Of a stretch of 64,000 nucleotides of DNA, positions 51,266-61,797 are shown in pieces. This DNA is from Sulfurovum sp. Lineage in GTDB: Bacteria > Campylobacterota > Campylobacteria > Campylobacterales > Sulfurovaceae. Within the stretch, counting starts at the first letter, position 1. Each line of letters starts with the position of its first letter. The stretch is from assembly GCA_002733355.1 (NCBI GenBank), contig NVVN01000004.1, forward strand, positions 1 to 64,000, given 5' to 3'. The notes under the pieces were generated by a model that saw only the letters and a list, made by a program, of their open reading frames with translations, searched no databases and had not been told where the DNA came from. Position numbers and translations under genes: made by a program.

Positions 51266-51913
51266 GTGGTGCAAAAATTTATTTTTATTTTTATTATGGT
51301 TAGTTCAGTAATATTTGCAGAAAATGTAGTAAGTCTTTATGGCGGGTATCAAGTAGCAGCAGATAGTAAAGTAAAAGGTGTAGATCAAAATGGTAATGCA
51401 TTTAATTTTACTGCACAATGGGAAGGAAAGTCTTTTACTCCTCCACTTTATTATGGTTTACGTTTTACACATTGGTATGAAAATGACTGGGGCGTGTCAT
51501 TAGACTTTTCACATGCAAAAGTATATGCTGATACTAGTACATTACAAAAATCAGGTTTTGAAATCTTAGAATTTACAGATGGTCTAAATATTTTGACCAT
51601 AAATGCATTAAAACGTTATCCTTCTATATCACATGACTGGGTTTTATATTGGGGAGTTGGAGTAGGAGTAAGTATTCCTCACGTGGAAGTGAAAACTACC
51701 TCGAATGTACTAAGAACATTTGAATATCAAGTTGCTGGATTTGCATTTCAAGGACAAGTAGGTATCGCATACCCCATAGTAGATGCATGGTCTCTTTTTA
51801 CCGAACTTAAAATTAATCATACCATCAACGATGTAGATCTATATGGGGGTGGTAATCTTCAAACCAACATTACAACAAGTGCTGTAAATTTTGGTGTAAA
51901 TTACAGTTTTTAA
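51266..51913 (+). CDS. lpxQ: outer-membrane beta-barrel, lipid A oxidase LpxQ-like
   Basis: Signal peptide; WEGKSF..P.YYG.R, H.KVYAD, EFTDGLN..T.N, IPHVEV, terminal Phe; matches the LpxQ pattern as recalled. Confidence 0.62.
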   Translation: MVQKFIFIFIMVSSVIFAENVVSLYGGYQVAADSKVKGVDQNGNAFNFTAQWEGKSFTPPLYYGLRFTHWYENDWGVSLDFSHAKVYADTSTLQKSGFEILEFTDGLNILTINALKRYPSISHDWVLYWGVGVGVSIPHVEVKTTSNVLRTFEYQVAGFAFQGQVGIAYPIVDAWSLFTELKINHTINDVDLYGGGNLQTNITTSAVNFGVNYSF

Positions 51914-52041
51914 AGTTTTAGTAGCGTAATGTTCAAGTTAAAGAAAATCATTTAATCTTAATTTAAAGTAAGAACTATTATAATTCATAGTTATTAAAAT
52001 GATATACTTGTTTTAATTAAATTGATTAAAAAGGAAAAAAT

Positions 52042-52650
52042 ATGAAATTTATTAGAGGCTTATTTACNTTTGTTGGTGCTGTGGTAGTACTTGGTTNTAT
52101 TTTTGCATTTTTCAAATATGATTTAGGTACGAGAATAGCACAAGTCAATAAACTTGATTCTAAAGCAATACCTGAATATATGAAAATGTTTGATGCAGTA
52201 TTGACTACGGGTGACCCTGCTAAAGGTATGGTGCGAAGAGTGAAGATGGTGATACCTGAAGGTATGACAAAAGCAGAAGCTTTTGAAAATGCACTTGAGA
52301 TTATGGATGAAGTTGGTGAAGAGTATGGTTTAGCGATGGTAGACGCTAAGACTATGCCTAGAGATGGTAAAACTTTTTCTAATGGAGGACTGCTTACACA
52401 TATTCGTGCATATTGTTCTCCTCATATTGCAAATAAGTTTTTAAGCCATTCACCTCACTTTATAGGATTTATGCCTTGTCGTATAGGAATAGTAGAAGAA
52501 CCTAATGGCGATATCTATTTTTATACTATGAGTATGGAACTTATGATTAATGGTGGGCATGCATTACCTAAGGAGTTGGCTGAGCTTGCAAGCGAAGTAA
52601 GAACTGGTATGTATACTATGTTAGATAGAGCTGCAACAGGCGACGAATAG
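52042..52650 (+). CDS. DUF302-domain protein
   Basis: N-terminal TM; YCSP..A......FMPCRI.IVE. Confidence 0.72.
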   Translation: MKFIRGLFXFVGAVVVLGXIFAFFKYDLGTRIAQVNKLDSKAIPEYMKMFDAVLTTGDPAKGMVRRVKMVIPEGMTKAEAFENALEIMDEVGEEYGLAMVDAKTMPRDGKTFSNGGLLTHIRAYCSPHIANKFLSHSPHFIGFMPCRIGIVEEPNGDIYFYTMSMELMINGGHALPKELAELASEVRTGMYTMLDRAATGDE

Positions 52651-52673
52651 GTTTTTCTGGATTTAAAACATGT

Positions 52674-52698
52674 TTCTCTGTCCTTTGGAGACAGAGAA
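52674..52698. terminator. hairpin between convergent genes
   Basis: TTCTCTGTC-N7-GACAGAGAA. Confidence 0.55.
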
Positions 52699-52801
52699 TC
52701 TGATTTTGGAAGTGACGAATAGTATATGAATTGAGTATTATAAAGTAAGTACTAAATGTTTTCAAGGAAAGTAAGCTTCCAAAATCCACATTTTAAAGTG
52801 T

Positions 52802-52999
52802 TTAGTTCTCTTCAGTTGCACCCCCTTGTGTATTGATTTCTTCTGCTGAAGTATTTGAGTCTTCTTCCGCCATTCTGCTATATTGAGCATCTAATGCTAT
52901 TTGTGTTACGGTAAATCCTCTTGTTATTTGTGTATTATTTGCATGTATTGCCAGTGACGTAAATGTTATGATGGCTATACAGCTCATTATTTGTTTCAT
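52802..52999 (-). CDS. small secreted hypothetical protein
   Basis: Signal-peptide-like N-terminus and AAGGGA RBS. Confidence 0.5.
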   Translation of the reverse strand: MKQIMSCIAIITFTSLAIHANNTQITRGFTVTQIALDAQYSRMAEEDSNTSAEEINTQGGATEEN

Positions 53000-53214
53000 T
53001 CTTTCCCTTAATTTATTTTAAGTTTAGATTTTTTATAGTCAAATTATAATGCAAGATTATTACCACAGTATTACTTTTGGATGTTGTAGATTGTATTTGT
53101 GTAAGATAGAAACAAGTAACGCATATAACATTTTGATAACAGAGTGTTTAAATCCTCTAAAACAAAAAAAGTGTTACAATCTCAACACAAAAAATATAAA
53201 TCTAAGGAACAAAC

Positions 53215-55395
53215 ATGTCAAAATTACCAAAGATCATCTGGTCAAAAATTGATGAAGCACCAGCACTTGCTACGTATTCATTGCTACCAATCGTAAATGC
53301 ATTTACTCAAGCAGCAGGCGTTGAGGTTGTTGAAAAAGATATATCGTTAGCAGGTAGAGTTCTTGCTAGTCAAGGTCTTGCAACTGATGAGCTTACTAAG
53401 CTTGGAGATGTTGTTTTAGAAGAAGATGGAAACATTATTAAACTTCCAAACATTTCAGCATCTGCTGGTCAACTTAAAGATTGTATTGCAGAACTTCAAG
53501 GTCAAGGTTATGATATCCCTGATTATCCTGAAAACCCTGCCAATGCAGCGGAAAAAGATACACAAGCTAAATATAGTGTTTGTCTAGGTTCTGCTGTTAA
53601 CCCTGTTCTTCGTGAAGGTAACTCAGATAGGAGAGCAGCTGTAGCTGTTAAAAACTTTGCACAAAAGAATCCACATAAACTTAGAGCATTCTCCGACAAC
53701 TGTAAAGCTTATGTTGCACACATGGAAGGCAATGGGGATTTCTTTTCACATGAAAAATCTGTGACTTTAGAGAAAGATCAGAAAGTAACAATTGCATTAA
53801 ATGGCAAAGAATTGACTACTATTGATTGTGTTGCATCAGAAGTACTTGATGGTACATTTATGTCAATTTCTGCATTAAAAGCATTCCTTAAAAAGACAAT
53901 TGCAGATGCAAAGACAAATGATGTTTTATGGTCACTACACCTTAAAGCTACCATGATGAAAATCTCTGACCCTATTATGTTTGGTCATGCTTTCACCGTA
54001 TTCTTTGAAGGTGTATTCGCTAAACATGCAGACACATTTGCAGAGCTTAATGTTAATCCTAATATGGGTATGTCTGACTTAGAAGCTAAAATCGCAGGTC
54101 ACGCAAAAGAAGCTGAAATTAAAGCTGACTTCCTTGCAGTACTTGAGTCTGACGCTCCAAAACTAGCTATGGTAGATTCAGATAAAGGAACCACACACTT
54201 TAATGCATCTAACGATGTTATCATTGATGCTTCTATGCCTGTAGTCGTTCGTGAAGGTGGTAAACAATGGGACAGAACAGGAGCGGCAGTTGAATGTGTA
54301 GCTGTTATACCTGACTCTACTTACGCGATGTTCCATGCAGAGATGGTTGCTGACTGTGTGAAAAATGGTCAATATGATGTTTCAACTATGGGTTCAATGG
54401 CAAATGTTGGTCTTATGGCTCAAAAAGCAGAAGAGTACGGTTCTCACCCAACAACGTTTGAACTTACTGAAGCTGGTACAGTAACAGTAACTGGTGCAGA
54501 TGGTGAACTTATGAGCTTTGAATGTGAAGCTGGCGATATCTGGAGACTCTCTCGTACAAAAGATGTTGCAATTAAAGACTGGGTTAGACTTGCCGTTGAA
54601 AGATCAAGAATTGAAGGTGTTCCAACAATTTTCTGGTTAGATGAAAACAGAGCACATGATGCAGAGCTTATCAAAAAAGTAAATGTGTATCTTAAAGACC
54701 ATGATACTTCAGGACTTGACATTTCAACTATGAAAGTAACAGATGCGACAAGAGCTACCAATGCTATTATCAGAACTGGTAAAAATGCTATTGCTGTAAC
54801 AGGAAATGTTCTTAGGGATCACCTTACAGATATGTACCCAATCTTAGAGCTTGGAACATCTGCTAAAATGCTTTCTATTGTACCTCTTCTAGCTGGTGGT
54901 GGATTGTATGAAACTGGTGCTGGTGGTTCTGCTCCTAAGCACGTAGACCAATTCTTAGCAGAAGGTCATTTAAGATGGGATTCTCTTGGTGAGTTCTTGG
55001 CATTGGCTGAGTCACTAAGATTCATCGGTCAAAAACATAATGATGCAAAACTTCAAGCACTTACCGTTGCTCTTGATGTAGCAAACAATGCGTACCTTGA
55101 CAATAACAAAGAGCCAGGGCGAAAAGTAGGACAACCAGATAATAAAGCGTCTCACTTCTTCTTGGCACAATTCTGGGCTGATGCACTTGCAAATGGAGCT
55201 GATGCTGATTTNGCTTCTAAATTTGCGCCTGTAGCACAAGCACTTAAAGACAATGAAAACAAAATCATTGAAGAGCTTTTAGCTGTTGAAGGTAAAGCTC
55301 AAGATGTTGGTGGTTACTTCCATCCAAATGATGAGTTAGCTTCTAAGGCAATGAGACCATCAGCTACACTTAACGCGATTATTGACGCTATTTAA
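53215..55395 (+). CDS. icd: monomeric NADP-dependent isocitrate dehydrogenase
   Basis: DEAPALAT, IIKLPNISAS, SAVNPVLREGNSDRR, HLKATMMK.SDP, YETGAGGSAPKH, LRWDSLGE. Confidence 0.96.
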   Translation: MSKLPKIIWSKIDEAPALATYSLLPIVNAFTQAAGVEVVEKDISLAGRVLASQGLATDELTKLGDVVLEEDGNIIKLPNISASAGQLKDCIAELQGQGYDIPDYPENPANAAEKDTQAKYSVCLGSAVNPVLREGNSDRRAAVAVKNFAQKNPHKLRAFSDNCKAYVAHMEGNGDFFSHEKSVTLEKDQKVTIALNGKELTTIDCVASEVLDGTFMSISALKAFLKKTIADAKTNDVLWSLHLKATMMKISDPIMFGHAFTVFFEGVFAKHADTFAELNVNPNMGMSDLEAKIAGHAKEAEIKADFLAVLESDAPKLAMVDSDKGTTHFNASNDVIIDASMPVVVREGGKQWDRTGAAVECVAVIPDSTYAMFHAEMVADCVKNGQYDVSTMGSMANVGLMAQKAEEYGSHPTTFELTEAGTVTVTGADGELMSFECEAGDIWRLSRTKDVAIKDWVRLAVERSRIEGVPTIFWLDENRAHDAELIKKVNVYLKDHDTSGLDISTMKVTDATRATNAIIRTGKNAIAVTGNVLRDHLTDMYPILELGTSAKMLSIVPLLAGGGLYETGAGGSAPKHVDQFLAEGHLRWDSLGEFLALAESLRFIGQKHNDAKLQALTVALDVANNAYLDNNKEPGRKVGQPDNKASHFFLAQFWADALANGADADXASKFAPVAQALKDNENKIIEELLAVEGKAQDVGGYFHPNDELASKAMRPSATLNAIIDAI

Positions 55396-55454
55396 ATAAA
55401 ANCTTTATACCNNNAGAGGACTANATCAATAATAGTCTAAGTAATNTTGATTNC

Positions 55455-55479
55455 TGTGNAGGGATGGTATCCCTTCACA
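55455..55479 (+). terminator. hairpin after icd
   Basis: TGTGnAGGGAT-GGT-ATCCCTTCACA. Confidence 0.55.
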
Positions 55480-55571
55480 AGTATTCTTCAGGTAAAAATC
55501 ATCTTTTTAAAATCTTATAAGAATGTTATTCTTGGATTTTAAAGTGATAATAATGAATGAGAGGAGTGTGT

Positions 55572-56510
55572 ATGGTACTAGATCCAGTCGTAATGTTTTT
55601 TATAGCAGGTTTCACCATTAGTTTAATGAGGGTAGATTTTAAACTGCCTTCAGCTATTTATGAATTTTTAAGTATTATGTTGCTGATTACCATTGGTTTA
55701 AAAGGAGGGATAGAACTTTCTAAACAACATGTTGGTGACCTTGTTGGTGATGTTGGTCTTGTACTCCTGATGGGGGTACTTATTCCCCTTATTGCTTACC
55801 CTATACTCTATTTAGTTGGTAGGTTTAAGAGAGTCGATGCTGCATCTATTGCCGCACATTATGGTTCAGTCTCCGTGGGGACTTATGCTGTGGGTGTAGC
55901 TTTTTTAGAAACACATCATGTTACCTATGAATCACATATGCCTTTGTATCTTGTTGTTTTGGAAATACCTGCTATTGTTGTAGGTATCATTTTAGCAAAA
56001 GGTATCACAAAAGAGACGAATTGGGCAGAAATGGCTCAGGAGTCCTTTTTGGCAAAAAGTATCGTATTGTTATTTGTTGGACTTTTCATAGGGTGGGCAG
56101 CAGGTGAGAAGATACACGCTACATTAGATCCTTTCTTTTTTGCACCATTCAAAGGTATATTGGCACTTTTCTTACTTGAGATGGGTATTGTGGCTGCCAG
56201 TCAAGTAGGATTATTAAAGAAATACGGGTTATTTTTAGTTGCATTTGGTATTATATTCCCTGTCATAGCTGCAGCAGTAGGGCTAGAATTTGCACATGTT
56301 ATGGGTCTCTCTTTAGGCGGAGCATTGCTTCTTATGATACTTGCCGCATCTGCCTCTTACATCGCAGTACCAGCGGCAGTTAGGATTGCACTACCTGAAG
56401 CGAACCCAGGACTTTCACTCACAGCATCTTTGGGGATTACCTTCCCATTCAACGTCATTGTAGGAGTACCACTCTATTATAAGATGGCAGAAATGTATCT
56501 AGGAGGATAA
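55572..56510 (+). CDS. sbtA: sodium-dependent bicarbonate transporter family permease (SbtA-like)
   Basis: IGLKGG, AAHYGSVS, FLLEMG, ASASYIAVPAA, SLGITFPFN; about ten TM segments. Confidence 0.88.
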   Translation: MVLDPVVMFFIAGFTISLMRVDFKLPSAIYEFLSIMLLITIGLKGGIELSKQHVGDLVGDVGLVLLMGVLIPLIAYPILYLVGRFKRVDAASIAAHYGSVSVGTYAVGVAFLETHHVTYESHMPLYLVVLEIPAIVVGIILAKGITKETNWAEMAQESFLAKSIVLLFVGLFIGWAAGEKIHATLDPFFFAPFKGILALFLLEMGIVAASQVGLLKKYGLFLVAFGIIFPVIAAAVGLEFAHVMGLSLGGALLLMILAASASYIAVPAAVRIALPEANPGLSLTASLGITFPFNVIVGVPLYYKMAEMYLGG

Positions 56511-56512
56511 AC

Positions 56513-56821
56513 ATGGTAACTATTACAAAAATGATGATGACCATCATCACAGAGCAAAACTTAGAAAAAGCGATTATACACGATTTAGAAGATTTAGGCG
56601 TGAAGGGCTATACCATTATCGAAGCCAAAGGAAAGGGTGGAAGTGGCATAAAAAGTGGTGCATGGATGAATGATAGCAACATACAAATTGAGCTTATCCT
56701 CGATAATGCATTGGCTACAAAAATATATAATTTTATTTCCGATACAAAGAAATATGACAATTACAGTATGATGGTTTATCTTTCAGAAGTTAATGTACTC
56801 AAGAGACATGAAGAAAATTGA
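56513..56821 (+). CDS. sbtB: PII-like regulator (SbtB-like)
   Basis: IITE..LE..I..DL..LG.KGYTI....GKG, SNIQIE; directly downstream of the sbtA-like gene. Confidence 0.78.
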   Translation: MVTITKMMMTIITEQNLEKAIIHDLEDLGVKGYTIIEAKGKGGSGIKSGAWMNDSNIQIELILDNALATKIYNFISDTKKYDNYSMMVYLSEVNVLKRHEEN

Positions 56822-58453
56822 TTATATTTGATACTTGTTCTCTATCATCTCTACAAATAAGGTTGCACTCTCTTCGTACATATCAAAAATCTTATTTACA
56901 CCTGATAAAATAAGTTTTCTGTTATCTTCTTTTGAATCAGAGAGTGCTATTATCTCCCCTACAAAACCATTTGCCCTGAGCGTAATACTTGTATAAACAT
57001 TGAGAGATTCATCTCTTAGTGCACAAATGACTATCTCTCGTTCTAACATGACGGCATAACTTTTGTGTATATCTATCAAGTATACTTGCGTAAAACCATC
57101 TAATTTTGCTTGAGAAATGATAGACTCATCCAATTCATAAATACTCACATCTATACCTTCTTTTTGAAGAATTTTTGCTAAAGTAATGCTCTTATGTGTG
57201 TAACCAAATAATGCAATACCCTTATATTCTTCCTTACAAAGTTTAAGTAGGTAATGTACAGCTCTATTATTGGCTACTTCATAAGGTTCTATNNTNCCAT
57301 CCACNTTTGNAGCTTCNNATTGNGGTTTTAGTTGTNCATGATTGATACGTGAGAATACTACTGNATTTANAGAAATACTTTTAGCATTGAGAATAAAGTA
57401 AATATTATCTATATCTGAACTTGTGAGCGTGAGCATTGCTACAATATTGTCTTTTTGGTAGAGTGCTTTAATGATTTTTGCACTTGAGCTATCAGCCCGA
57501 ATTACTTTATAACCATCCTGTAGTGCCGTCGTTGCCTTTGCCTCATCATTTTCTATAATGACAGGCTCATACACTTTATGAATCTTGAGCTTTTTGGCAA
57601 TAGTTTCACCCAAATGTCCATATCCATTGATAATAATGACATTCTGCATCTTATTCACATGTTTGATACTGTCTTGATTACGTAATTCATCAAATTTTTC
57701 AGAAAATGCAGAAACCATTACAGATGTAACAAAGGAAATCATCGCTATACCAAATACAATACCAAACATGGAAACAATTTTTCCCATCTCTGTAACAGGT
57801 GAAATATCTCCATATCCAACCGTTGATATGGTGACGAGTGCCCAATATATTGCATCTAGATATGAGTGTAAAGCTTCATTGACACCAAACTCCAATAGAT
57901 AAAAGATAGATCCAAATGTAAATGTAATACCAAAAAGAAGATAACCCAAAAAAATGAATTCAAAACGTTTTTTAAGTAATGCATCAAAGAGACTAGATGC
58001 TCCATGCATGTAATGGTAAAGCTTCAATAGTCGGATAATTCTGAATTTGGGGAAAATAGCAACTAAATCTATCAATGCGGGAATAGAAATCATATAACGT
58101 AACTTTTCTTTTACTATATTCCAGTACCCTCTTGCATTGTTACCTTCCTTGTGACTTGCTATTATCTCCTTATGGATATCATGGCTTATCCATAAGCGCA
58201 ATAGATACTCCAAAGCAAAAATTCCTGTAACGAAATAAAGGTCAAACTCAACAAGCCATTCAGGGATTTTTCCTGTTTTACTCATGATTAAAATAGAGAT
58301 AGAAATCACAATCAATGCTATCATAAAAGCATCAAAATATCTTTTAGATGGGTAGCTTACATCTTCAAGTAAAGCACGAAAAAAAGATTTTGTTTTTTGA
58401 TATTTGTCAGAGTTATCTATAAAAGTAGAGAGTTTCAGTATGAAATTATGCAT
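56822..58453 (-). CDS. potassium channel (6TM) with tandem RCK/TrkA-N domains
   Basis: TISTVGYGD selectivity filter, R..RLLK S4-like segment, GYGHLG NAD-binding motif; start at ATG 58453 after AGGAG. Confidence 0.88.
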   Translation of the reverse strand: MHNFILKLSTFIDNSDKYQKTKSFFRALLEDVSYPSKRYFDAFMIALIVISISILIMSKTGKIPEWLVEFDLYFVTGIFALEYLLRLWISHDIHKEIIASHKEGNNARGYWNIVKEKLRYMISIPALIDLVAIFPKFRIIRLLKLYHYMHGASSLFDALLKKRFEFIFLGYLLFGITFTFGSIFYLLEFGVNEALHSYLDAIYWALVTISTVGYGDISPVTEMGKIVSMFGIVFGIAMISFVTSVMVSAFSEKFDELRNQDSIKHVNKMQNVIIINGYGHLGETIAKKLKIHKVYEPVIIENDEAKATTALQDGYKVIRADSSSAKIIKALYQKDNIVAMLTLTSSDIDNIYFILNAKSISXNXVVFSRINHXQLKXQXEAXXVDXXIEPYEVANNRAVHYLLKLCKEEYKGIALFGYTHKSITLAKILQKEGIDVSIYELDESIISQAKLDGFTQVYLIDIHKSYAVMLEREIVICALRDESLNVYTSITLRANGFVGEIIALSDSKEDNRKLILSGVNKIFDMYEESATLFVEMIENKYQI

Positions 58454-58520
58454 AAAACTCCTTTTTTTTCTTAGAGTGTTGCACAACACAATACTCTTAT
58501 ATATCGATGATATTTAAAGT

Positions 58521-59951
58521 TTAACCGAGTCTCTGCCTTAACAATTCATTCACCTTTCCAGGGTTAGCAGAACCTTTACTCGCTTTCATTGTTTGCCCTA
58601 CAAAAAATCCAAAGAGCTTATCTTTACCAGCTTTATACTGCTCTACTTTGTCTTGATTGGCTGCGAGTATCTCTTCGATAATAGCTAAAATTGCTCCATC
58701 ATCACTTACCTGTGCAAGTCCTAGTTCATCAATAAGTACTTCTATATCACGACTTTCATTTTGCATCATGTGGTCAAGTATCTCTTTGGCACCTTTTCCT
58801 GAGATAGTATCATCAGAAATTTTGGCTACAAGTGCGCCGAGTGTCGTCGCATCAATAGGGGAATTTTCTATACTTAATCCGGCTTTATTCAAACGACCAA
58901 GTAATTCAGAAGTGAGCCATGTTACTGCAGTTTTTACCACAGCACCTTGTGCTAACATTTCTTCAAAGTAATATGCCATTTCTTTATCTGAAGTAATTAC
59001 ATGTGCATCATCAGATTTAATACCCAGTTCCGTAACGTAGCGCTTTACTTTTGCATCGGGGAGTTCTGGCATAATTTTTGCTTCATCTATCATTTCCTGA
59101 GTGACTACAAGTGGACGTAAGTCAGGATCAGGGAAGTAACGGTAATCTGCTGCTTCCTCTTTACCTCTCATGGATTTAGTCACACCTTCATCAACATTCC
59201 AAAGTCTAGTCTCTTGGTTTATCTCTTCTTCATATACACCATCTTCATAGGCTTCTGTTTGACGCTGTACTTCATACGCTATTGCTGCTGAAACAAACTT
59301 AAAAGAATTAATATTTTTTATCTCTACGCGTGTACCAAAAGCTTCTTGTCCTTTAGGTCTTATGGAAACATTCACATCACATCTAAATGAGCCCTCTTGC
59401 ATGTTTGCATCTGAGATATCCAAATAACGTACTGTAGAGTGAAGCTTTTTCAAAAATGCCACAGCTTCTTCAGAGCTTCTCATGTCGGGGTCTGACACTA
59501 TCTCAAGTAGTGGTGTCCCCGAACGGTTTAAGTCCACTTTTGAGTGGTCTCCCTCATGNATATTTTTACCTGCATCTGCTTCCAAGTGNGCCTGTGTCAT
59601 CCCTATACGCTTTGTACTNCCATCNTTTAAGTCTATAAACACTTCACCTTTTTGTACAATAGCCTTAGTAAATTGCGTGATTTGATATGCCGAAGGACTG
59701 TCTGGGTAAAAGTATGATTTTCTATCAAAGTTTGAACTATGATTTACATTTGCATTAATCGCATAGCCAAGTCTCATCGCTTTTATGGCTGCTTCTTTAT
59801 TGACTACAGGCAAAGCACCAGGAAGTGCCATACAAGTGGGACAAGTATTGGCATTTTGATGTTCTGCAAAAGAGGTAGGNCAAGAACAAAAAAGTTTGGT
59901 TTTTGTGTTAAGTTGTACGTGAACTTCAAGACCGATAACGGTTTCAAACAT
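58521..59951 (-). CDS. gatB: Asp-tRNA(Asn)/Glu-tRNA(Gln) amidotransferase subunit B
   Basis: [48 protein letters not shown]. Confidence 0.97.
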   Translation of the reverse strand: MFETVIGLEVHVQLNTKTKLFCSXPTSFAEHQNANTCPTCMALPGALPVVNKEAAIKAMRLGYAINANVNHSSNFDRKSYFYPDSPSAYQITQFTKAIVQKGEVFIDLXDXSTKRIGMTQXHLEADAGKNXHEGDHSKVDLNRSGTPLLEIVSDPDMRSSEEAVAFLKKLHSTVRYLDISDANMQEGSFRCDVNVSIRPKGQEAFGTRVEIKNINSFKFVSAAIAYEVQRQTEAYEDGVYEEEINQETRLWNVDEGVTKSMRGKEEAADYRYFPDPDLRPLVVTQEMIDEAKIMPELPDAKVKRYVTELGIKSDDAHVITSDKEMAYYFEEMLAQGAVVKTAVTWLTSELLGRLNKAGLSIENSPIDATTLGALVAKISDDTISGKGAKEILDHMMQNESRDIEVLIDELGLAQVSDDGAILAIIEEILAANQDKVEQYKAGKDKLFGFFVGQTMKASKGSANPGKVNELLRQRLG

Positions 59952-59990
59952 AAGGTATTTCCTTCATATATTATTGAAGATATTATAGCG

Positions 59991-60737
59991 TTATTGTCTT
60001 ATAATACGAATATCACCAAAGAAAATCAAATCCTTTAAAACAACGCTGTCTACGATACCATCTTGGTCTATTTTAATAAGAAGTTCACCTTTTTCACTGT
60101 TATAAAGTTTACGATGCATCACCACTTTACAGTACCAATCACCTTTGTTACTTTTATCTTTATCTAAAAGATTTTTTATAGCTTTCAAATTTTCATGTGT
60201 TGGTATTACTATATCGACACGTCCATTTTTACGGTCTGCCCCTACGGCCTTAAACTTATACTCTTTACTTTTGTATTTATGCTTTATATGTTTAGGGAGG
60301 TTCAGTAGAAGTGTTATCATATCATTTCTACTATAGTAGTTCAATATGCGCTTTTCTTCTATTATTTCCTTACCATTTTCCCATTTCTTATACGTTCTAG
60401 TCACTGTTTTCTTTTTGTGATTTATACGGTAGATTGTAGTACTTGTATACTGTTCATAAGATTTAATCACCTGATACATGTCTGACACAAAAAGAGAATT
60501 TTTGATATGCCCTTTAGAGATATGCCGTTCTTTTAAATTACCCGTGACTATTTTTGCTATCTTACCTACAACATCAACAGTGCTTTCAAATATATATGAT
60601 TTTTCTTTGGTGATTAATGTAGAATGCGATTTAGCAACTTCACCTACAATACCATACTCAACAGAAAAATCTACTTCGATATTTTTTGCATCAGCCATAA
60701 AAAATAAGGCGATTAAAAAAATACCGATACGAAACAT
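59991..60737 (-). CDS. secreted DUF3108-like protein
   Basis: Signal peptide; basic and beta-rich; GADRKNG and LIFFGD motifs. Confidence 0.55.
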   Translation of the reverse strand: MFRIGIFLIALFFMADAKNIEVDFSVEYGIVGEVAKSHSTLITKEKSYIFESTVDVVGKIAKIVTGNLKERHISKGHIKNSLFVSDMYQVIKSYEQYTSTTIYRINHKKKTVTRTYKKWENGKEIIEEKRILNYYSRNDMITLLLNLPKHIKHKYKSKEYKFKAVGADRKNGRVDIVIPTHENLKAIKNLLDKDKSNKGDWYCKVVMHRKLYNSEKGELLIKIDQDGIVDSVVLKDLIFFGDIRIIRQ

Positions 60738-61015
60738 TATAAATCAGTTTTTTCTTTTTTAGTGAGAAGTTTTTCTAAAAGTCTTGTCTGTTTTTGAAGT
60801 TCTGAATATTTCTCTTTAGTAGTTATAAAGAGCTCGAGTAAAAGTATCGCAATCATACCAGGCATCACACCTATAAATATGGATATAAAGGCGATTAAAA
60901 AAGAGTCTTCATAAAAAGAGAGGAAAGAAGAAAAAGCACCTATAAATATGGATGCCCAAGAGACACCCAAAAGGAAATTGACTACAAAACCTAAATATCT
61001 ATCTTCAAGTCTCAT
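60737..61015 (-). CDS. small two-TM membrane protein
   Basis: Two hydrophobic helices followed by ELQKQTRLLE; co-oriented with atpB. Confidence 0.7.
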   Translation of the reverse strand: MRLEDRYLGFVVNFLLGVSWASIFIGAFSSFLSFYEDSFLIAFISIFIGVMPGMIAILLLELFITTKEKYSELQKQTRLLEKLLTKKEKTDL

Positions 61016-61031
61016 AGTCTTAAAAAAGATG

Positions 61032-61730
61032 TTAGTGATCTTCTTCTAAAGCTATGGCACCTGCAAGGTAAACATAGGTAAGAATCATAAATACAAACGT
61101 TTGCAAAAACGCCATAAATGTAAGAAGTATCAATGGTGTAATTGGAATGATCCATGGTACCAACATTAAAAGAACCCATAAGAACAAGTCGTCCCCTTTT
61201 ATGTTACCAAAAAGACGGAAGGAGAGAGAAACGATACGAGAAAGATGAGAAACAAACTCAATTGGGTACATTAAAAGTGACATTGCAAACTTAGCAACAG
61301 GATGCATTTCTCCAAGGTGTACAAAGCTTTTAACGTAAGTAAATACACCTTGTGCCTTAATACCTTCATAATTGTAATATACAAAAACAACAAGTGCCAA
61401 TACAAGTGTTACATTAATATTTGATGTTGGAGACTCAAATCCTGGAATAATACCGATAAGGTTGTTGACAAGAACAAAAAATCCGATAGTTGCCACCAAA
61501 GGAAGATACTTACGTGCATGCTCCTCACCGATAACATCTTTACCCATAGCAATCACACCACCAAGAAATGCCTCAACAACATTTTGTGTACCAGTTGGTA
61601 CAGCTCTAAGACTCTTCGTAGCGATTTTTGCGATAAATACTATGATTATCGCGGTTAAAATCAAATGTGACACAAATAACATTTGTCCATGTCCAAAAAT
61701 AGCACCCAGATAAGTAAATATACCTTCCAT
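61032..61730 (-). CDS. atpB: F0F1 ATP synthase subunit a
   Basis: PTSNIN, SRIVSLSFRLFGN (essential Arg), LQTFVF..LT.VY; stand-alone atpB as in Campylobacterota. Confidence 0.96.
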   Translation of the reverse strand: MEGIFTYLGAIFGHGQMLFVSHLILTAIIIVFIAKIATKSLRAVPTGTQNVVEAFLGGVIAMGKDVIGEEHARKYLPLVATIGFFVLVNNLIGIIPGFESPTSNINVTLVLALVVFVYYNYEGIKAQGVFTYVKSFVHLGEMHPVAKFAMSLLMYPIEFVSHLSRIVSLSFRLFGNIKGDDLFLWVLLMLVPWIIPITPLILLTFMAFLQTFVFMILTYVYLAGAIALEEDH

Positions 61731-61797
61731 AAAACATCCTCTAATAAATTAATAATTGCTGGAGTATATCTATTTTGCACTTAATTTTGACTAATTC

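Noticed and set aside
52702..52786. 11-bp inverted repeat GATTTTGGAAG/CTTCCAAAATC as a MITE
   Set aside because: Single copy in the window and no clear target-site duplication.
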